A DNA stretch of 24,183 bases from Gammaproteobacteria bacterium. Its GTDB lineage: Bacteria > Pseudomonadota > Gammaproteobacteria > GCA-001735895. This document shows positions 7,042 to 15,563 of this stretch, one piece after another (the first letter of the stretch is position 1; each line of letters begins with the position of its first letter). The DNA lies in the NCBI GenBank assembly GCA_050298595.1, contig JBNKUM010000032.1, forward strand, positions 1-24,183, in the 5' to 3' direction. Made by a program: the position numbers and the translations under genes. Below the pieces are notes generated by a model that made no database searches, was not told the DNA's origin, and saw only the letters and a list, made by a program, of their open reading frames with translations.

Positions 7042-7335
7042 ACGTCCGCCTTGGGTCCAGGCTGTGTGAAAACTATTTTCCAATTTTTCAAGTGGAATAT
7101 GGGATCTTATATAGAATCAATTTCGTATATTTTGTGGTAATTGAACTCTAAATATTCCTGAAAAATTACCCCATAGTGGGAAATATTGTTGGTGTCATCA
7201 GTTTGAAGCGAGTTTTCACACAGCCTGGGTCGATTGTAGCCGTTCTCTTGCACCAAAGGAACGACTGCTTATGGCACCTACTTGCCTATTGCACCGCACA
7301 ATACGAATATCTGCTTTCAGACTAAATCATAACTT
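7041..7335. repeat. Cluster C: three ~30-bp imperfect palindromes (first one split by a MITE)
   Basis: Reconstituted AACGTCCGCCTTGGGTCGATTGTAGCCGTT (7041-7057 + 7232-7244), AACGACTGCTTATGGCACCTACTTGCCTATT (7260-7290) and AATATCTGCTTTCAGACTAAATCATAACTT (7306-7335). Both spacers are 15 bp. Confidence 0.75.
7058..7227. mobile_element. 170-bp MITE, copy 2
   Basis: Perfect TIRs CAGGCTGTGTGAAAACT and AGTTTTCACACAGCCTG; GGTC direct repeat (7054-57, 7228-31). By manual count, 18 mismatches over 170 bp to copy 1, with no gaps. Confidence 0.9.
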
Positions 7336-7881
7336 CAGTCGTGAGCAACCGGGTCAGGTGTGTGACCAATTGAAGAAATAATTGCCGATACTTGAGCCAC
7401 GCTAAGTAATTCTTCTCTTTTTTGGGCTGTAACGGACACGTCCTTGTTCACCTCATTTATAGAGTTTATCTGTCATGCATCTCACTACAGCTAACCCCTA
7501 AATTTATTATTTCCATTCAAATTCTCTCTGTCCATAAAATAGAGCTGCAGCGAAGGGTAATATCACTAATATTACACTCTTCTGCTCCGTTTTGTGAATT
7601 GATACATTTCGGGATTACTCTAGGCGCTTTCATTCTAATTAGAAGGATTGGGTGATATACCCTCTCGCCCACAAGTAGCATAGGCGAGAAAAAACTGGCT
7701 CTGTGCTACACAAAGTGCTACAAATTATACCTTGTCTTATAATAGCGTAGACAAGAAGCCCGTTAACACTGATTGTTTGCTTAAGACTTCATGTGTTGAA
7801 CCCGGCTTATCGGCTAACTTAGTTTTTCGTGATGCCCTCCAATCGGTTTTTCAAAGTGTTTGGATCATTCAATACAAATAA

Positions 7882-9402
7882 TTACCATTTGATTTTGTCA
7901 AAGCTAATATTGTAATTTAACTTATCCAAAACTTTTTCCTTCAAAAAAGTCGGAGTGAATCCTTTACTGTATGTGTTTGCTAATTCTGCAACGCCGGCAT
8001 AGTCTTCTTTGCTCAAGTGTCCAGTAACTCCACCAATGTGTCTTGGGTCAATATCCTGGTTTATCGCTTTTGTAATAAAAGTATGTCTAAAACTGTGGTA
8101 GGTCTTTGTTTTTTTATGGACTCCCCATCTCTCTAATTGTGCATTGAGAAATTTTTGAGCGGCGTCCTTTCCATCTTTTTTGGAATTTAGCTCAGGAAAC
8201 ATTTGTTTTGATCGACCTGATTTTGCAAACTCTAGAAATCCCATGTCAATAAGAGTGTCGCAAAGTGGAACTCTTCGGATGCTATTTGAGTTTTTAGCTG
8301 ATTTAATTTTTTGGCCTGTAACTTTGTCATATTCTTCCTTAATATCAATGAACCATGTCCCGTCTTCATCTTGGGCTATGTTCTTTCGATCAAGTTGTAT
8401 CAATTCACCTTGACGAGCACCAGTGAATAAGGCAAGAGGGAAAAGCCAGAACCGATAGGGTTCTGCGTCTCTACGAGCCTTTCTCTTTTGCCATCCATGC
8501 TGGATAAAGAAAGGGGAATTAAAAATTGTAACTAAATCATCTGAACTTAATATTTCTCTCTTATCTCTTGATCTTACAAGGTCTTTTTCTAAAATTATTG
8601 AATCTGCGGGATTTCTATCTAGATACCCTTTTTTAACAGCATACTTCAATAATGTACTTATTCGTGAGAATTTTTTATTCCTTGTAGTCACGTCAGGAAT
8701 TCTATTTTTGGGTATTCTCATTTTTGAAAGTTGTATAAACGATCTATTTTGATATTTATGATCTGAATTATGTGATGTTGGTATAAGTTTTAAATTGTTA
8801 TAAAAAACTTCCATGTCATGGTTAGTGAGGTTGTTAACAACCATATCTTTACCCGCAATATATGTGAATAAGTCATAGTCGGCCGAGTAGTCGGCCAGGG
8901 TCTTCTTGGTAAGTTTTCTTCGATTCCGTAATAAATCAAGATACTCATTTGCTAGTTGGGATATGGTCACAGAAGTGTCAATTTCCTTTTTTTGCTCTCG
9001 TAAAACGGGAGTATTATTTATTGCAACTGGACGCGATAATAATTCGATTGGATCAAGATCAAGTTGTCTAGCTAGATTAATAGCATCATCTTTTCTTTGT
9101 TTCATGACACGGAGCTCTTTTTCTTCGTCACCATCGTAATCAACGGTTATTTCCCTTCCGAATATATCAAGTTCTGTTAATAATTCAGTTTTTATGATAT
9201 CTGCCATATTAGTGAGCTGCTCTAGCAATAGTTGAATGCGCGCACGATAAAGTGTTGATAGATGTACGGCAAGCTTTTTACTGTCAGTTTTGAGTGAGTG
9301 CCTATATTCACGCTGACATTTAAAATAATGCCTAAGGTCTTTGGGGGGAATGAATCGGAAGTAGTAGGTGCCGTGACGGTTACGGCATAGATAGTTCGGC
9401 AT
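7882..9402 (-). CDS. Tyrosine recombinase/integrase with a DUF6538-like N-terminus
   Basis: Catalytic residues in FTGARQGEL (R), KSAKN (K), YHSFRH (HxxR), TGH and NTY. N-terminal YLCRNRHGTYYFRFIPPKDL. ATG 9402 has a GGAGA RBS and is preferred over 9453. Confidence 0.93.
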   Translation of the reverse strand: MPNYLCRNRHGTYYFRFIPPKDLRHYFKCQREYRHSLKTDSKKLAVHLSTLYRARIQLLLEQLTNMADIIKTELLTELDIFGREITVDYDGDEEKELRVMKQRKDDAINLARQLDLDPIELLSRPVAINNTPVLREQKKEIDTSVTISQLANEYLDLLRNRRKLTKKTLADYSADYDLFTYIAGKDMVVNNLTNHDMEVFYNNLKLIPTSHNSDHKYQNRSFIQLSKMRIPKNRIPDVTTRNKKFSRISTLLKYAVKKGYLDRNPADSIILEKDLVRSRDKREILSSDDLVTIFNSPFFIQHGWQKRKARRDAEPYRFWLFPLALFTGARQGELIQLDRKNIAQDEDGTWFIDIKEEYDKVTGQKIKSAKNSNSIRRVPLCDTLIDMGFLEFAKSGRSKQMFPELNSKKDGKDAAQKFLNAQLERWGVHKKTKTYHSFRHTFITKAINQDIDPRHIGGVTGHLSKEDYAGVAELANTYSKGFTPTFLKEKVLDKLNYNISFDKIKW

Positions 9403-9414
9403 TAGTGTTCTCCA

Positions 9415-9497
9415 AGTGTGACACCTATGTGTCACACTATTGGATAAGCACACTAATTGCGGCAGTGTAACTTGTTGATATATAACAAGTTAACTGC
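9415..9497. promoter_or_regulatory. att-arm region: paired arm-type boxes, IHF site and hairpin after ssrA
   Basis: AGTGTGACAC-CTAT-GTGTCACACT (9415-9438). Minus-strand TATCAACAAGTTA matches the IHF consensus (9480-9468). Stem GCAGT.TAACTTGTT/AACAAGTTA.ACTGC (9462-9497). Confidence 0.6.
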
Positions 9498-9502
9498 GTA
9501 TT

Positions 9503-9877
9503 TGGTGGAGACGGGGGGAATCGAACCCCCGTCCGCCAGTCCTCTGCCATTGGCTCTACATGCTTATTCCGACTTTTAATTTAACTGGCTGCTACCCGCC
9601 GGACGGGGAAAACAGACAGCGATTTCGGTACTTGTTTAGTGCTTCGGCCCCGAACGAGCTTCCATCACGATTCTATGAGAGCGATGCCGGATGTTCACGA
9701 ATGAACCTGGACGCATAGACACGGCTCCAGTCCGACAGCAACCTACCGGTTATTAAGCGGCGATTGCGTAGTTGTCGTCGTTTGCAACTATATATTTGTA
9801 GAAGATTTAACGAGATTTCCTACATTCTCGACATGCACCTCAGGTTTCGTAACCGACGTCGAAGCCAAGTCGTCCCC
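9503..9877 (-). ncRNA. ssrA: tmRNA
   Basis: 5' end GGGGACGACTTGGCTTCGAC and 3' end GGGGGTTCGATTCCCCCCGTCTCCACCA. Tag reading frame ANDDNYAIAA followed by two stops at 9785-9750. Confidence 0.97.
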
Positions 9878-9887
9878 AAGTTTGCGC

Positions 9888-9916
9888 AGTATATTCATTT
9901 CTAACATTGTTAGCTA
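9888..9916 (-). promoter_or_regulatory. Candidate sigma70 promoter of ssrA
   Basis: TAGCTA-17-TATACT ending 10 nt upstream of the mature 5' end. The -35 box is weak. Confidence 0.4.
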
Positions 9917-9958
9917 TCGAATACAGTGATTTTGACAATTTTATTGTCTTTTTGTTCA

Positions 9959-10270
9959 AGGGCCTGTTAACACGTGTTGATTGTCTCTGTTGCGGCTAAA
10001 AATGTGCCAATCTAGGTGCGATGAACGAAGTTTGGTCATACCAAATGAGCGACGAGCAAAGCTTCCGCTCCTGCTCACGCTCCTTACCTACGTCCATGTA
10101 GGCAACAACGAGTGGCACATTTTTAGCCACAACACGAAGGGCTGGGACCATTTTTCCTCCAGCTGCGTTATCAGTCGCTTATGTAGAACGACTACACAGC
10201 GCTCCTTCTGCCTTGCTGGTAGAAAAAATGGTCTCCAGCAGTGTCAATCAAATTAGTGTTAACAGGCCCT
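9959..10270. mobile_element. 312-bp MITE between ssrA and purL
   Basis: Perfect 15-bp TIRs AGGGCCTGTTAACAC and GTGTTAACAGGCCCT. Internal long stems such as GGCTAAAAATGTGCCA/TGGCACATTTTTAGCC. No transposase. Confidence 0.82.
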
Positions 10271-10359
10271 AGTGTTTTGATGGTGATGAGCGGGTAATTC
10301 CGTTATTATTCGCTTCCATTTCCACCCCGTTGTTAACTACTAATCTAAAGTCGCGACCT

Positions 10360-13300
10360 ATGATCACTCTTAAGGGCAGCCCAGCCTTATCTGAATTCAG
10401 AATTCAGAAATTAATCGATTCAGTTAAACCTTTTGGCGTGAGCCAGATTACCAGCCATTTTATACATTTGATTGAGACTCGAAACGAGTTATCTGCTGAG
10501 CAGTTGAAGGTGGTGAATAACCTGCTGCAATACGGCCCGCAGATGGAGGATCACGTGCTGGATGGCGTGAACTTTTATGTGGTACCCCGTGTAGGTACGA
10601 TTTCTCCGTGGTCGAGTAAAGCTACCGATATCGCGCATATCTGCGGCCTGGAAGATATTGTTAAGATTGAGCGTGGCATTGAGTTTCAGCTTCAGTTTGA
10701 GGGTGATGTGAGCGCCGACAGTCTGAGCCAGGTTAAAGCCCTGTGCCACGATAAGATGGTTGAGCAGGTGTTCGATGAACTATCAGATTGCGCGGCTTTG
10801 TTTGATCATCATGCGCCTCAACCTATGCTCACGGTGGACGTTCTGGAGGGTGGTAAGCATAAGCTGGAACAGGCCAATACTGAGCTGGGTCTGGCGCTTT
10901 CAGATGATGAAATTGATTATCTGGTCGATAGCTACACAAAGCTACAACGCAACCCTAGCGATGTTGAATTGATGATGTTCGCACAGGCGAACTCTGAACA
11001 TTGTCGGCATAAGATTTTTAATGCGGACTGGACTATTGATGGTGTCGATCAGGATATTTCTCTGTTCGGTATGATCAAGAATACCTACAAGATGCATTCT
11101 GACGGAATTTTGTCTGCTTACCATGATAACTCTGCTGTTATTCAGGGTTTTGATGCCGAGAAATTTGCGCCCGATCTAAAGACGGGTGTGTATCAAAATG
11201 ATTCGACACGTCTGGATATACTGATGAAGGTCGAAACGCATAACCATCCTACCGCGATTTCTCCTTTTCCTGGTGCTGCGACCGGCTCTGGTGGCGAGAT
11301 ACGTGATGAGGGTGCGACGGGGCGTGGTTCTAAGCCTAAAGCTGGCTTATGTGGATTCTCAGTATCTAATCTGAATATCCCTGATCTGCCGCAACCCTGG
11401 GAACAGGAATATGGCAAGCCTGAACGTATTGTGTCTGCTCTGGATATCATGATCGAAGGTCCATTGGGTGCGGCAGCATTTAATAACGAATTTGGACGCC
11501 CCAATATCTGTGGATATTTCCGCAGTTACGAACAGCGTATTAAATCATCTGACGGTGAAGAGGTACGTGGCTACCATAAACCCATTATGCTGGCTGGTGG
11601 TGTTGGCACTATCCGTCCTGAGCATATTGATAAGCTGGGCATTCCTGCTGGTAGTAATATCATCGTGCTGGGTGGCCCGGCGATGTTGATTGGTCTGGGT
11701 GGTGGAGCTGCGTCTTCCATGACCAGCGGCAGCAGTAGCGAAAACCTCGACTTTGCTTCAGTACAACGTGGTAATCCTGAGATGGAAAGACGCGTGCAGG
11801 AAGTGATAGATCGCTGTTATGTGCAGGCTGAGAATAATCCAATTCTATCTATTCATGATGTAGGTGCCGGTGGTTTATCCAATGCCTTACCCGAACTGGT
11901 AAATGATGCAGGAATGGGTGCCCGATTAGAGTTACGCAAGGTACCGAATGATGAGCCAGGCATGTCGCCTAAGGAAATCTGGTGTAATGAAAGTCAGGAG
12001 CGTTATGTACTGGCTGTTGCAGATGAGAGGCTGGATGATTTTATCGCGCTGTGTGAACGGGAGCGTTGTCCTTATGCTGTTCTGGGTAAGGCGACTGTAG
12101 AACAGCAACTGGTTGTTTCCGATGAAACCTTTGGCAATGATCCAGTCAATATGCCGCTGGAAATCCTGCTGGGTAAACCGCCTAAGATGCATCGTGATGC
12201 AGCTCATGTCGAGGTAACTCAGGATGCTCTGGATACATCAGGCATTGATATCAAGCAAGCGGTACATAGAGTCTTGCAGGCTCCAACAGTAGCGGATAAA
12301 ACCTTTCTGATCTCTATCGGCGATCGTACTGTTGGCGGCCTTATTGCACGTGATCAGATGGTTGGACCCTGGCAGGTGCCTGTGGCTGACGTTGCCGTTA
12401 CTCTGACCGATTTTGAGGGCTATAGCGGTGAAGCCATGAGTGTGGGTGAGCGTACCCCATTGGCATTGCTGGATGCTCCGGCTTCAGGGCGTATGGCTAT
12501 CGGTGAGGCAATTACCAATCTGGCAGCCAGCTATACTGGGGATTTAAAGCGCACCGTACTATCGGCGAACTGGATGGCAGCAGCAGGGCATGCAGGTGAG
12601 GATGCGCGTCTGTTTGATACGGTGAAAACAGTGGGTATGGAAATCTGTCCTGAGCTAGGTATTACCATTCCTGTCGGTAAGGATTCTCTATCTATGAAAA
12701 CGGTATGGCGTGATGGCGAGCAGGATAAATCCGTAACGGGTCCTTTATCGCTGATCATCTCGGCCTTTGCTCCGGTGCTGGATGTGCGCAAATCAGTAAC
12801 GCCTGAACTGTCAAAAGACAGCGGAGCACGTCTGTTTGTTATCGATCTGGGGCAGGGGAGCAATAGACTGGGAGCTTCGGTTTTGGCGCAGGTTTATGCT
12901 CAGATTGGTGATAAAGGGCCTGACCTGAATGATGTCAGTCAACTGGGCCAGTTCTACCTGGCTATTCAACAGATGCTGGCAGAAGACCTACTGCTTGCTT
13001 ATCACGACCGCTCAGATGGTGGATTAATCGCCACGCTATCAGAGATGGCATTTGCTGGGCGCTGTGGTCTGGATCTTGATATCTCTGCCCTGGGCAGTAA
13101 TGCGCTGGAAATATTGTTCGCTGAAGAGTTGGGTGCAGTAGTACAGGTATCTACAAACAACATTAATAAAGTTAAGCAAATTATTGAAAATAAAGGACTA
13201 ACTGATCTGTTTCATGACATTGGTTGTGTCTCAGAAAACGACCAACTGAGCATTCAGTTTAATACCTCTACGGTATTTGAGGATGACATAACCGAGCTGC

Positions 13301-14235
13301 GCAGGAGCTGGTCATTAACGACCTATCATATGCAAAAGCTGCGTGATAACCCTGAATGTGCACAGCAGGAATACGACGGTTTGCTGGATAACAAAAAACC
13401 TGCATTATTTTCGAAACTTACGTATCAAACCGATGAAGAGATTAATGCTCCCTATATAGGTAAAGCAGCGCGTCCGCGTGTAGCAGTGCTACGCGAGCAG
13501 GGCGTTAATGGTCAGGTAGAAATGGCTGCCGCATTTACCAAAGCGGGTTTTGAGGCAGTTGATGTTCATATGAGCGATCTATTGACGGGGCGCCGGGATT
13601 TACAGGATTTTAAGGGAATCGCTGCCTGTGGTGGCTTCTCTTATGGTGACGTGCTTGGTGCAGGTGAGGGCTGGGCGAAGTCTATTCTTTACAATTCTCG
13701 AGCTCTGGAAATGTTTTCTCAATTTTTCCAGCGTGAAGATAGTTTCGGTCTGGGGATCTGTAATGGCTGTCAGATGATGTCTAATCTGCACGAGATTATA
13801 CCGGGTACTAATTCCTGGCCACATTTTGTGAATAATAAATCAGAGCGTTACGAAGCCCGTGTTGTAATGGTTGAGGTACTCGAATCTAATTCTATATTCC
13901 TCAAGGGCATGCAGGGTTCTATGATGCCTATCGTGGTCGCGCATGGAGAAGGCCGGCCTGAGTCGCGGCATGCTAGTTCATTAGAAAACGATCACACTGC
14001 TTGCCTGAGATATGTTGATCGAAATGGATTGCCTACGGAGGTTTATCCGATGAACCCTAATGGTTCTCCAGAAGGCTTAACGGGTTTTACCAATCTGGAT
14101 GGCCGTTTTACCATCATGATGCCGCATCCTGAAAGGATATTCCGTAGTATTCAGAATTCATGGCAGTCTGGTGATTGGGGTGAGGATAGCCCCTGGATGA
14201 GGATTTTCAGGAATGCTCGGGTTTGGGTGGATTGA
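10360..14235 (+). CDS. purL: Phosphoribosylformylglycinamidine synthase (large single-chain type)
   Basis: Motifs [39 protein letters not shown] and MMPHPER. ATG 10360 is preferred over TTG 10330. Confidence 0.97.
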   Translation: MITLKGSPALSEFRIQKLIDSVKPFGVSQITSHFIHLIETRNELSAEQLKVVNNLLQYGPQMEDHVLDGVNFYVVPRVGTISPWSSKATDIAHICGLEDIVKIERGIEFQLQFEGDVSADSLSQVKALCHDKMVEQVFDELSDCAALFDHHAPQPMLTVDVLEGGKHKLEQANTELGLALSDDEIDYLVDSYTKLQRNPSDVELMMFAQANSEHCRHKIFNADWTIDGVDQDISLFGMIKNTYKMHSDGILSAYHDNSAVIQGFDAEKFAPDLKTGVYQNDSTRLDILMKVETHNHPTAISPFPGAATGSGGEIRDEGATGRGSKPKAGLCGFSVSNLNIPDLPQPWEQEYGKPERIVSALDIMIEGPLGAAAFNNEFGRPNICGYFRSYEQRIKSSDGEEVRGYHKPIMLAGGVGTIRPEHIDKLGIPAGSNIIVLGGPAMLIGLGGGAASSMTSGSSSENLDFASVQRGNPEMERRVQEVIDRCYVQAENNPILSIHDVGAGGLSNALPELVNDAGMGARLELRKVPNDEPGMSPKEIWCNESQERYVLAVADERLDDFIALCERERCPYAVLGKATVEQQLVVSDETFGNDPVNMPLEILLGKPPKMHRDAAHVEVTQDALDTSGIDIKQAVHRVLQAPTVADKTFLISIGDRTVGGLIARDQMVGPWQVPVADVAVTLTDFEGYSGEAMSVGERTPLALLDAPASGRMAIGEAITNLAASYTGDLKRTVLSANWMAAAGHAGEDARLFDTVKTVGMEICPELGITIPVGKDSLSMKTVWRDGEQDKSVTGPLSLIISAFAPVLDVRKSVTPELSKDSGARLFVIDLGQGSNRLGASVLAQVYAQIGDKGPDLNDVSQLGQFYLAIQQMLAEDLLLAYHDRSDGGLIATLSEMAFAGRCGLDLDISALGSNALEILFAEELGAVVQVSTNNINKVKQIIENKGLTDLFHDIGCVSENDQLSIQFNTSTVFEDDITELRRSWSLTTYHMQKLRDNPECAQQEYDGLLDNKKPALFSKLTYQTDEEINAPYIGKAARPRVAVLREQGVNGQVEMAAAFTKAGFEAVDVHMSDLLTGRRDLQDFKGIAACGGFSYGDVLGAGEGWAKSILYNSRALEMFSQFFQREDSFGLGICNGCQMMSNLHEIIPGTNSWPHFVNNKSERYEARVVMVEVLESNSIFLKGMQGSMMPIVVAHGEGRPESRHASSLENDHTACLRYVDRNGLPTEVYPMNPNGSPEGLTGFTNLDGRFTIMMPHPERIFRSIQNSWQSGDWGEDSPWMRIFRNARVWVD

Positions 14236-14292
14236 GGTTTTGTATTCCAGATTACAGCTGAAATTTGGCTAATCGAATATAAAGAGCTACTC

Positions 14293-14433
14293 ACCACGAA
14301 GAACACAGAGGACACAGAGAGAATGAGATAGATCGGGTTTTACCGGTTATCTAATTAACTTTGAGACTTGAGAAACTTTATTAAATTTTAAGATAACCGC
14401 TTTAAACTCAGTGATCTCTGTGACCTTTGTGGT
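14293..14433. repeat. REP-like imperfect inverted repeat with 9-bp periodic arms
   Basis: ACCACGAAGAACACAGAGGACACAGAG ... CTCAGTGATCTCTGTGACCTTTGTGGT, with an inner pair CGGTTATCT/AGATAACCG. Confidence 0.6.
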
Positions 14434-14481
14434 AAATTTGGTTCTAAATCGCTAAAACTTTGTGGTAACAGGGTTAGATAA

Positions 14482-14734
14482 TGTAGTGCTATCCGCAGGA
14501 GTGGCTCTCGGGGGGCCTGCTATCCATACGAGTCGCTCCTGCTTTACTGAGAAGATTTGCTGTAGTGCTATCCGCGCGAGTTGCTCCTGCGCGTCCTCGG
14601 CAATCGCTCCTTGCATTGCCCTACCTTCTGCATCCATGCAGTCGTGCTTGCTGAGATAAAATTAATATTGTGCTGTTTGTACGAATACTGCTCGTAGCCA
14701 TCCATGGCCTCCCAGTATAAGCACATCCCTGTGC
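14482..14734. repeat. Composite intergenic repeat region
   Basis: Three copies of TGCTATCC-N5-GAGT-N-GCTC, plus mini-hairpins TGCATCCATGCA, GCCATCCATGGC and GCACATCCCTGTGC. Confidence 0.6.
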
Positions 14735-14763
14735 AAAAAAAAACGGGCTAAAAATTAGCCCGT
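14735..14763 (-). terminator. Rho-independent terminator downstream of the sgp-like gene
   Basis: Minus strand ACGGGCTAA-TTT-TTAGCCCGT followed by a long T run. Confidence 0.85.
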
Positions 14764-14872
14764 AAATAATCACCAAGAGGATAAAACTAAATCAGATCGT
14801 TTAAATGTAACAACTACCAAACAATCTGAGTTAGTTTCCTGAGGCGGTGCCCCCAGGAAACCTTGCTACTTT

Positions 14873-15343
14873 TTATTGAGCAGCTGGAGCTGGTGCTGCT
14901 TGAGCAGGTGCTACAGGTGCAGCAGGTGCATATCCAAAGTAAGGATTGCTACCATAGCCGTTGTAACCATTGTAGCCGTTGTAACCATTCTGGTTGGCGT
15001 AATAACTGTTTCCATAACCGTTACCGTTTCCGTAGTAGTTGCCATTTCCGTAACCATTACCTGACCAATCAGTATTTCCATCCATTTCACTATCCATATC
15101 ACCGCGTGCACGTCCTTTAAATTTCATGGAAAAATCCATTTCACCATCGCCATTTCCACGGCCTGCGCCACGGCCATTTCCACGACCATAAGCACGACCA
15201 TCGTAATAACCGTTGCCTGCACCGTTGCCGTAGTAGTTACCGTATCCATTTCCATAACCATTGTTATTATTGTTATCACCCCAGAAAGCCTGTGCTGATG
15301 AAGTCACAAGAAGTATTGCTGCTGCTGTAATTATAGTTTTCAT
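14873..15343 (-). CDS. Exported Gly/Asn/Tyr-rich protein, sulfur globule protein (SgpA/B, CV1-type)-like
   Basis: Sec signal ending AQA|FWG, GNGYGN repeats, central GDGEMDFSMKFKGRARG motif and a PY..YAPAAP Ala/Pro tail. AAGGAG RBS. Confidence 0.75.
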   Translation of the reverse strand: MKTIITAAAILLVTSSAQAFWGDNNNNNGYGNGYGNYYGNGAGNGYYDGRAYGRGNGRGAGRGNGDGEMDFSMKFKGRARGDMDSEMDGNTDWSGNGYGNGNYYGNGNGYGNSYYANQNGYNGYNGYNGYGSNPYFGYAPAAPVAPAQAAPAPAAQ

Positions 15344-15563
15344 AATAAATCTCTCCTTATAAGGTTGTGGTAGTAAATTATTTTTTTGATCTAAATTTTA
15401 CGTAAATTACTATATAAGAATGAACTAATATGGTCAACTACTAATATAGAAAAGATTTCCATTTTTTTTCCTTCAAGGTAACGCGATTAAATGGAGAATC
15501 CTGAACTGTTATAGAAACAGGGGGTCAATGTTAAGTATAATTAACCATATGTAGTAGATCCCC

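Larger units (their letters stand above)
1..9502. mobile_element. Genomic island integrated at the tmRNA 3' end (left boundary outside the window)
   Basis: Tyrosine integrase directly next to the ssrA 3' end. The content is AT-rich and accessory (recombinases, cassettes, MITEs). No duplicated ssrA 3' fragment was seen in the window, so the other att site is presumably further left. Confidence 0.8.

Noticed and set aside
3012-7335. Repeat clusters as CRISPR arrays
   Set aside because: The units are too divergent, spacers are only 15-17 bp, there are just three units per cluster, and no cas genes are in the window.
7422-7655. 77-aa ORF
   Set aside because: TTG start, no RBS and no recognisable motif. 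The region could be a decayed gene, but I cannot support that.
7663-7694. Hairpin TCTCGCC/GGCGAGA as a terminator
   Set aside because: It is followed by an A run on the plus strand, so no U tract follows the stem on either strand.
7796-7805. TTGAACCCGG as a duplicated ssrA 3' fragment (second att site)
   Set aside because: Only a short T-loop-like match. The flanks do not match TGGTGGAGACGGGGGGAATCGAACCCCC.
7882-9402. Tyrosine recombinase as the integron integrase IntI
   Set aside because: At 506 aa with a DUF6538-like N-terminus it is much longer than IntI, I recognise no IntI-specific motifs, and it lies at the ssrA att site, downstream of the array rather than beside attI.
9503-9540. tRNA gene
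   Set aside because: The T-arm and CCA end belong to tmRNA; the matching 5' end and the tag frame are present.
9981-10256. 91-aa ORF
   Set aside because: It lies wholly inside the MITE and has a TTG start; likely a repeat-derived artefact.
9878-10359. ssrA not preceded by smpB
   Set aside because: smpB-ssrA linkage is variable among gammaproteobacteria, so this is not informative on its own.
14452-14659. 61-aa and 65-aa ORFs
   Set aside because: They overlap the composite repeat region on both strands and have no protein-like features.
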